DNA of 64,000 nucleotides. Source: Octopus vulgaris (taxonomy: Eukaryota). Made by a program: the position numbers and the translations under genes. Shown here piece after piece: positions 55,930 to 64,000 of this stretch (its first letter is position 1; each line of letters begins with the position of its first letter). The stretch is from NCBI GenBank assembly GCA_951406725.2, contig OX597831.1, positions 9,982,001-10,046,000 of the forward strand, written 5' to 3'. A model generated the notes under the pieces. That model made no database searches. It saw only the letters and a list, made by a program, of their open reading frames with translations, and was not told the origin of the DNA.

Positions 55930-56322
55930 TTCTTTTATTCTTTTATTATTTTACTTGATTTCTTCATTTGACTGTGGCCATGCTGGAGCACCGCCTTTCG
56001 TCGAACCCAGCACGTATTCTTTATAAGCCTAGTACTTATTCTATCGATAATTTTTGCCGAATCGCTAAGTTACGGGGAAGTAAAAACACCAACATCGGTT
56101 TTCAAGCGAAGGTGGGGGACAAACACAGACAGAAATAACAAACACACACATACATATATACGACGGGCTTCTATCAGTTTCCGTTTAACAAATCCACTTA
56201 AGGCTTTGGTCGGCACGAGGATATAGTAGAAGACACTTGCCAAAGGTGTTACGCAGTGCGACTGAACCTGGAACCATGTGGTTGGTAAGCAAGCTTCTTA
56301 CCACACAGCCATACCTCCGCCT
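55930..56322 (-). mobile_element. Full-length family B SINE
   Basis: Reverse complement of 56409-56814. Confidence 0.92.
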
Positions 56323-56408
56323 ATAAATATGTACCGGCACATATATAACTGCAAATATATTACATACTGTGTGTGTGTATATATTTATATTTGTATTTGT
56401 ATATATAT

Positions 56409-56813
56409 AGGCGCAGGAGTGGCTGTGTGGTAGGTAGCTTGCTTACCAACCACATGGTTCCGGGTTCAGTCGCACTACGTGGCACCTTGGGCAAGTGCCT
56501 TCTACTATAGCCTCGGGCCGACCAAAGCCTTGTGAGTGGATTTGGTAGACGGAAATTGAAAGAAGCACGTCGTATATATGTATATATTTGTGTATGTTTG
56601 TTTGTGTGTCTGTGTTTGTCTCCCCAACATCGCTTGACAACCGATGCTGGTGTGTTTACGTCCCCGTTAACTTAGCGGTTCGGCATATTGAATCGATAGA
56701 ATAAGTACTAGGCTTACAGAGGGGTCGATTTGCTGGGGTCGATTTGCTCGACTAAAGGCGGTGCTCCAGCATGGCGTGGTCAAATGACTGAAACAAGTAA
56801 AAGAGTAAAAAGA

Positions 56814-56814
<1 letters not shown>
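56409..56814 (+). mobile_element. Full-length family B SINE
   Basis: aggcgcaggagtggctgtgtggta (A box), gggttcagtc (B box), ccttgggcaagt core, internal (TG) tract, gactgaaacaagtaaaagag tail. Confidence 0.93.
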
Positions 56815-56867
<53 letters not shown>

Positions 56868-56870
<3 letters not shown>

Positions 56871-56999
56871 GGAGTAAACACATCAATGTGAAACAAGGTA
56901 GAAAAAAGAGTACTCAAATACCAGTGGTAGAGTAACATGCTTTATTTAAAGCAGCAGAAAATTCAACAAAGCCTTGAATTTTCTGCTGCTTTAAATAAA

Positions 57000-57000
<1 letters not shown>
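56868..57000. repeat. (TA)n-embedded fold-back fragment, perfect 27-bp arms (56940-56966 and 56974-57000)
   Basis: ctttatttaaagcagcagaaaattcaa-caaagcc-ttgaattttctgctgctttaaataaag. Confidence 0.9.
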
Positions 57001-57071
<71 letters not shown>

Positions 57072-57327
57072 GCATACATAAATAAATAAATGCATATAGG
57101 CATACAAAGAAACCCGTTGTGTATGCTGTAAGGTCACACAGTATAACAATGTTATAATACAACAATGCAGCCATAAGTACCCTGGTACTGAAATAAATAT
57201 GTTTTATATTTCTGAAACCCAGTTAAAAATAAAATCGATGGCGTATAAAATACATATTGTGCGATGCTGATGTATATCTATAATTATGTGTGCGCGCCTT
57301 TCTATACATACATGCATATAAGCAATT

Positions 57328-57710
57328 GGAAGTGCAATGGCCCAGTGGTTAGGGCAGCGGACTCGCGGGCATAGGATCGCGGTTTCGATTCCCAGACCGG
57401 GCGTTGTGAGTGTTTATTGAGCGAAAACACCTAAAGCTCCACGAGTCTCCGGCAGGGGATGGTGGTGATCCCTGCTGTACTCTTTCACCACAACTTTCTC
57501 TCACTCTTTCTTCCTGTTTCTGTTGTACCTGTATTTCAAGGGGCCGGCCTTGTCACTCTCTGTGTCACGCTGAATATCCCCGAGAACTACGTTGAGGGTA
57601 CACGTGTCTGTGGAGTGCTCAGCCACTTACACGTTAATTTCACAAGCAGACTGTTCCGTTGATTCGGATCAACCGGAACCCTCGTCGTCGTAACCGACGG
57701 AGTGCTTCCA
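57328..57710 (+). mobile_element. tRNA(Arg)-like-headed SINE, family C, tail type 3, with 10-bp TSD
   Basis: TSD ataagcaatt at 57318-57327 and 57711-57720; tail ends ggaaccctcgtcgtcgtaaccgacggagtgc. Confidence 0.93.
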
Positions 57711-58494
57711 ATAAGCAATTATGTGTAACATTGTCACTGCAGCCGGATTACAATGGCAAGTCGAAATTTGCCGTAACCGCGATTTGAACAGAGATCATAG
57801 AAGACTGTGACCAAAAGACACAATTCGATTCATTTATTCCGTTGCCTCGACAACCTCTTCCTCCACTATTCACCCTCAATTATGTATTCACAAACGCTCA
57901 TATATTTCTTTACCACAGACTTATCAATTTTGACCCGTAAATATTTCATGAAATAGTTTATGTAAAATGGTTTTATTAACGCTTATTTATTTACGTGCAC
58001 TGGCAGCTCTTTTACTAAAACAGAATAAATCTGAAAAGGAAATTAACTTTTTTTTCTTTATTTATTTATTGACACTTCTATTTCTACTTGTCGAAACATT
58101 ATGTGTTTTAGATTTTGTGGTAGTTTTGTAAATAACTGAATTCAAATCTCTTACATTGGATGCTCTTAAATAATAAGCTCGACTCTTCGTAGCCTCTTTT
58201 CATTGAAGAGGACGTAAATATGCACGAGGGAAGATTTACAAAATGGTAGTTTAAATATGATCACTGTTGTGTTCAGAAATCGTCACTCGCGGTATGAATA
58301 CAAACCGGATGCAGAAAAACGGAAAACATAGACAGCGGAAACCACACACTTGCATGTATGTATATATGTATGTATGTATATATGCATGTATGTATGTATG
58401 TATCTATGTATGCATGTATGTATGAATTTATGTATTTATGTATATATGTATGTATGCATGCACGCATGTATGTATGTATTTGTATGTATATATG

Positions 58495-58726
58495 TATTTC
58501 TTTATTTCCCACAAGGGACTAAACATAGAGAGGACAAACAAGGACAGACAAAGGGATTAAGTCTATTACATCGACCCCAGTGCGAAACTGGTACTTAATT
58601 TATCGACCCCGAAAGGATGAAAGGCAAAGTCAACCTCAGCGCAATTTGAACTCAGAACGTAACGGCAGACGAAATACGGCTACGCATTTCGCCCAGTGTG
58701 CTAACGTTTCTGCCAGCTCGCCGCCT
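58495..58726 (-). mobile_element. Full-length family A SINE in a (TATG)n tract
   Basis: Reverse complement of the family A consensus. Confidence 0.93.
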
Positions 58727-59454
58727 CTCTTTTTGTATGTATGTATATATGAGTGTAAGTATGCATGTATGTACGTATGGAGCGCTGTTAGATTTGTGCT
58801 ATTTATCAAAAATGTTCTCATTTTGTTTTAAGAAAGATTCTGTCATATATCCGTATACGTTACTTCCGTTTAACTTAAACCAACAATGTCTTTAAGTGTA
58901 TGATGTGAATGCTAGACCTTTATAGGTGTATACTACGTTGTGAGAGATGTAAAAATATATGTTGCAACATTTTATATGGATGAAGCATTCTAAAAAGAAA
59001 TGGCTACTCTACAATTCTACAGACTAAAATACACTGTTATCCAGAGTGAACGGTCTCACAACGTAATGGATCCTACCATATACAAACGTAAGCAAACCTA
59101 AAACATGTACATTAAACACTGCGTATATTAAAAGAGTCGAAAACAAAAATATAACCAGTATTATCTGACTGAAATACTCGGCGTGGAATGTTTTCAAACT
59201 TCATTCAGTTCCCTATTAGACAAAACCCAAAAGGCATCGCTGATATCCATAGACTAACGCTAATGAAATATAGCAGTAAATGTAAAACAACATATATAAA
59301 TCGAGTCATACAAATATAAACTCTAGGACTAATTAATATCGTGTGTGATTTCCATTTTATGAACTTATGATTTGAATTTCAGCGTGGAAGGTGCTTATAT
59401 GCCATTTAAGAAACACACAAAAACTATTAGATTCACTTCAACATTCAAGTTTAA

Positions 59455-59505
59455 TTTGTCAAAATATTTTCGTCGCTTTGAGACTGCGACCTGTTCACTG
59501 ACAAA
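59455..59505 (-). ncRNA. Type I hammerhead ribozyme, G3-C8 core variant (intact fold)
   Basis: UUUGUCA-GUGAACA-G-GUCGC agucucaaa GCGAC-GAAA-AUAU-U-U-UGACAAA: 7-bp stem I, 5-bp stem II, palindromic AAUAUU stem III. Confidence 0.75.
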
Positions 59506-59705
59506 AATTCGTGCTGCATCTGTTATAATTAATATAATAGAATTAACTAAAATATAATTCCAGGACATCCCCGCCAAACTAAAAAATACTTTTTCAATGG
59601 CTTTTAAAGCAGAAAACGCGTAGTTACAAGTAAAATGGTAATTATAAAAACGAGAATGCAAAACCTCGTGCTGCACGAAGTTTTGTCAGAGATGCAGCAC
59701 GAAGT

Positions 59706-59756
59706 TTTGTCAGTGAACATGTCGCGGTCTCAAAGAGACGAAAATATTTTGACAAA
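59706..59756 (+). ncRNA. Type I hammerhead ribozyme, G3-C8 core variant (one stem II mismatch)
   Basis: UUUGUCA-GUGAACA-U-GUCGC ggucucaaa GAGAC-GAAA-AUAU-U-U-UGACAAA. Confidence 0.7.
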
Positions 59757-60238
59757 TTAAATTTAAATGTTGAAGTGAATCTAATGGTTTTTGCGTGTTT
59801 CTTAAATGGCTTATAAACACCTTCACGCTGCAATTGTTTTCGTTCCAGCACACGATCTCAGATCAAGTCACTTGCTATGCAAGTACATCTCCGATATTTA
59901 ATTTGCAAACGTGAATATTGTAAGCTTCGTAACTACTTGTGTTATATTGAGCCTTTGTTTTTCACCCGTTCAAAACGAGTCGTCAAATTAATTCTTGGAA
60001 CACCGTGCTGGTGTTTCTCCGTCATCACGTTAAACGAGGCTAATTAGGTAACTGAAATAATTAGCAAAACTATTATAACATCGGCAACGGCCTTCTAGGC
60101 ATTAAATGGCGAATAAACGTCGATATGTATGCGCGCGTGTGTGTGTTTATGCGTGTGAGTTTGCTTGTGTGTGAGTGCGTGCACGTGTTCGTGTGTGCTT
60201 CTATGATCGTATGCATGTACATATATATATAGAGAGGG

Positions 60239-60469
60239 AAGGTGGCGAGCTGGCAGACACGCTAGCGCGCCGGGCGAAATGCTTAGCGGTATTTCGTCTG
60301 TCGTTATGTTCTGAGTTCAAATTCCGCCGAGGTCGACTTTGCCTTTCATCCTTTCGGCGTCGATAAATTAAGTACCAGTTACGCACTGGGGGTCGATGTA
60401 ATCGACTGAATCCGTTTGTCTGTCCTTGTTTGTCCCCTCTGTGTTTAGCCCCTTGTGGGTAGTAAAGAA
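60239..60469 (+). mobile_element. Full-length family A SINE
   Basis: aaggtggcgagctggcaga..gttcaaattccgccgaggtcgac..gtgggtagtaaagaa. Confidence 0.93.
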
Positions 60470-63400
60470 CTATATATATTCATAGAGGGAGAGCAAAGAG
60501 ACGTTCGGAAGTCATGATATATGATGATGATATGTTCACTGGCATAGTGCTACAGAGAGGTTACGTTCAGAGTGTATTGATGATATCTCAAAATCTAAAA
60601 ACGTTACGAGAAAAGGGGTGACTAGGTGTTGCAGAGTTCATGCCTCACCAAATTGATTAACAGTGTATCGAACATGAAATGGCGTCATATACGAATTGCT
60701 TTATACGTTACGCATGATAAATGGTAAGATCAGTCATGCCTTTGACAGTCCACAAAATTATTCTTTGATAACTTTTTTTTATATATATTCCAATTTTTCT
60801 CTGATCTATGACTCACGCTTAAAGCTAACGAAAAATGGCGCTAGGTTTGGTGTCTGAATTATAAGATTCATTGTGGGAATGTAAAAAAAAAAGACGAATA
60901 AAATTTTTAGTATGTGTATTATCTTTGATACAGTCGTAAAACCATATGGAAAATTTTACTTTCTTTGACTTGTCCTTATTCTTCATCTTGTTTTCGTCCT
61001 TTTCCTTGTTTTCTCTGTTATTCTTATTCGTGATGTCACTGATTATCCATTTCTTATTCATAGAATCTGGTTTCTGGTTTCTTATGTTGTTTCGCCTGGT
61101 CTTGTTCTTATGTTTTAACTTTGATCACTACAGAGTTATATGTCTAAATCAAGTCCAGATCTCGCCCATAATCAGAGGCGTAGCTGGTACTCATGACAGG
61201 AAACCGAGGACGGTTATTAGATTTGTTCAAAATAGCAGTAAGATGCTAAGTGCATGTTGATTGAGTAATAGGTATTTGTCATAATACGAGACCTATCTGA
61301 TATTACATAAATTGTATTGCTGTATCTAAAATTGTGACAAGGAAAGAAGAACTCGACGAATGCAACAGTAAAGTTAAGTGCAACTGAACTATAGCAGACA
61401 GCAGACGGTTAAATGACGCACAATTTTTATGATATTGTCACACAGCAATCATGTGATAACGATTTGTTGAAAAATCTTAGTGAATTTTAAATTACAGAAT
61501 GATGTTTTTGAGGTCAACGTATTTGTGGTGGAGCATAGTCGATAAAATAGTATCTATTTCTTGCGTGTTGATTTAAGCTATCGATTCCTGTGTGGTGTAA
61601 GACGATGTTGACCATCACACCATTTGACGATGAAACGGAACGATCCAGAACACAGATCATAAAGCATTTTTACCGCTGTTCTAACGATTACTTAATACAA
61701 TATCACTACTTCAGTCGCCATATTTCGATGCTGGAAGACCTCACACAACGAAACCTTCCTTTAACATCAGCATTCAATACCAATATACTTTTCTCCAATG
61801 TTTCGTTTGCGATATCCTTCGAAAAAGATCTGAATATCACTTGTCGGTAAATTAAAATTTAATAGTAAAGAAAGTAAACCAACCACAAAGCAAAATAATT
61901 CGTCGGAATATCATCGAATATACAGTATTAGCAAAAAAAGGTCAGTACAAAGTTGCTGAAGAAGCTTCCGGAACGTGACGAAGATGACGTTTTGCTGTGG
62001 AAAATGGAGACATTCCTCGGTAGACAATGTATTTTAACGTATTTTCTCAAAATATTGAATTTAATACAATGCTTTTTTTCCGGAGCTATAAGGTGGGAAG
62101 ATATCACGCAGATAAAAAGGAACACATTTCATAAATGTAACGGAGTTTGTTGGGAACCTGTTTATCTACCACTGCCTAGCATCGTATGTCCTTTGATTTT
62201 GATATTTAGCGAGTGCAGGGACGTGAAACAGATAATGTTGCTTGGTTAGTTCATGTGTTGTAATTAGATATTTTTTCACGTCACCATTTGCTAACCTGCT
62301 CTCGTCATATGGCTTTACGCTGTCAGAGAAGTTAAAAGTGAAGTTACAGTTGCGTGTACTAATGTTGTTGATTGAAATTTTAGAAACTCATCGCATTGGT
62401 TACAAACCTTACATATATTATTATCATAGTTAAGAATAATATTTATTATGCTCAAACTTGTTTCGCTGGTGGTTTTACGCGTCAGGATATATTTTTTGGA
62501 GAAGATATCCTTTTTGCCTTATCACATACTTCTATTTTAGTGTATGCTGTTACAGCAGACCTGGTATATATACAAACCAACGAGATTCACATTCGTCTGT
62601 GCTCTTCTATATCCCCAGTTTGATGTACTGAACGGTGATGTCTTCAGACTGACGTGCAGTTGGATCAGATACATTTTACTTAGGTTGAGTAGCACATAAG
62701 CAATTGATTCGTCCAAATTTGCTCAATCGTATTTGAAGTCCATACCATGTATATCATTATATCATTATATCATTATAATTCCCTTAGTTTCAATGAATAT
62801 AGTGTAGAACCACGCAAGTCTTGTTACATGCTGAATAAATGTATTATCTATATTATGATCAAATGCTTCCACCCACAAATATTTTTAGAAATTTGAATCA
62901 AAATTATTAGCAGAAATTATCGACCCTCTCTTATAACAAAGAAGATCTTATGATAGAACATCTGCATATCATAATACAACTTCTCTAAATAGTACCCTAC
63001 CAAGACAAAATTGTACCCTACTAAGACAAAATTAAATATATGCCGAAGGCCAATATATAAGAATGAATAGAAACTTTTTAATTCTCGGAATCTGGATTAA
63101 CAACGTCTTAAAATAATTAATTATCCCGTTGGTATTTTCCCACTGTTGTACGATCGATGCTTTCTTAATATCCTCGTTAATATTCATCTTGCATTTCTAA
63201 TTATTACTTGTGTGTATATGTTCAATGAGCACTTAAAGATGATATGTTGCTAATGGTCTCTCATATATAATTTATATTATTTATGCAAATGTTATCATTA
63301 TATGTATTTGACATAAATTATTTTTATTATCAGAAATATATTAGAAGTGGCCTAAAATGTCATGAGACAGTTTCATTTTCTGTTTCTGGAATCGGTTAGT

Positions 63401-63913
63401 TACCTTATGGAAATTGAAATTAGTGTTGATGATTAGTAGGCCTGCATCAAAATGTGTTCTGTTTTTAATCTTGTGTATTTGTTTTACTCGTTATCCTGTT
63501 ATGATGTTCGTTAATTCTAATGGTATCATCATGTCGGAGAAAAAAAAACGTCTATATCATACTGTAATCATTTTCTAATACTTTCTGATGGAATGAGTAT
63601 ATTTTGAATAGTCTAGTCCACTGTTGTGCAACCCTCTATAATACTTGATCATCAACAATGGTCTGCTTTAAATATTATAATGCCTAGTATCCAATTCTGA
63701 GATTTATAAGACATCCCGCATGACGTAGACAAAAGTGTAGTGTAGTACAGTGTAACGTGAATTATAGGAAACAAAAAGATCAGATAAAATCTAATGTAGT
63801 GATACAAAGCAGTACAAGTTTAATTCATTCCATGACCGAACGCGTCGTACGATTTATTCGTTTTACAAATCAATTTTTCGCATGGAGATTAACTAAAATA
63901 TAATTAATATATT

Positions 63914-64000
63914 GAAGATGTATTTGGATAGCGAGTGACTTGATCTGAGATCGTGTGCTGGAACGAAAACAATTGCAGCGTGGAAGGTGCTTATAAGCCA
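63914..64000 (-). mobile_element. Third copy (3' end) of the 59690-59893 element, cut by window edge
   Basis: gtgacttgatctgagatcgtgtgctggaacgaaaacaattgcagcgtg is the reverse complement of about 59823-59872. Confidence 0.9.

Larger units (their letters stand above)
59380..59893. mobile_element. Inverted pair of Penelope-like terminal repeats (arms 59380-59521 and 59690-59830; right copy extends to 59893)
   Basis: About 140-bp inverted repeat, each arm with a hammerhead fold; short template-switch-like duplications at 59665-59713. Confidence 0.82.

Noticed and set aside
60817-61260. 104-aa hydrophobic ORF (+) and K/N-rich ORF (-) with a nearby GTGAGT donor
   Set aside because: Low-complexity purine-skewed sequence; in-frame stops next to both putative splice sites
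62992-63033. 21-bp tandem duplication (also a 16-bp one at 15900-15928)
   Set aside because: Ordinary slippage duplicates without further structure

Overview
AT-rich, microsatellite-saturated eukaryotic DNA. The SINE repertoire and the (TA)n/(CAT)n load point to an octopus (coleoid cephalopod) genome; this is an inference from sequence recognition, not a database result. Almost all of the supplied ORF track is translated simple repeat. No complete protein-coding gene can be supported, only a few candidate minus-strand exons (173-401, 37118-37450, 52334-52526). The window holds at least four tRNA-derived SINE families (about 30 copies), LINE 3' remnants (R4/Dong-type RLE, two CR1-group, RTE), an internally deleted mariner, a non-autonomous Helitron and a GC-rich insert with a 9-bp target duplication. 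The most interesting signal is a set of short ORF-less elements, many embedded in (TA)n and often folded back as inverted repeats. Several carry minimal type I hammerhead ribozyme folds of the kind known from Penelope-like element terminal repeats. Across families the core 3-8 pair covaries (C3-G8, U3-A8, G3-C8), each has one extra nucleotide after A9, and stem III is a tiny palindrome suited to dimeric cleavage.
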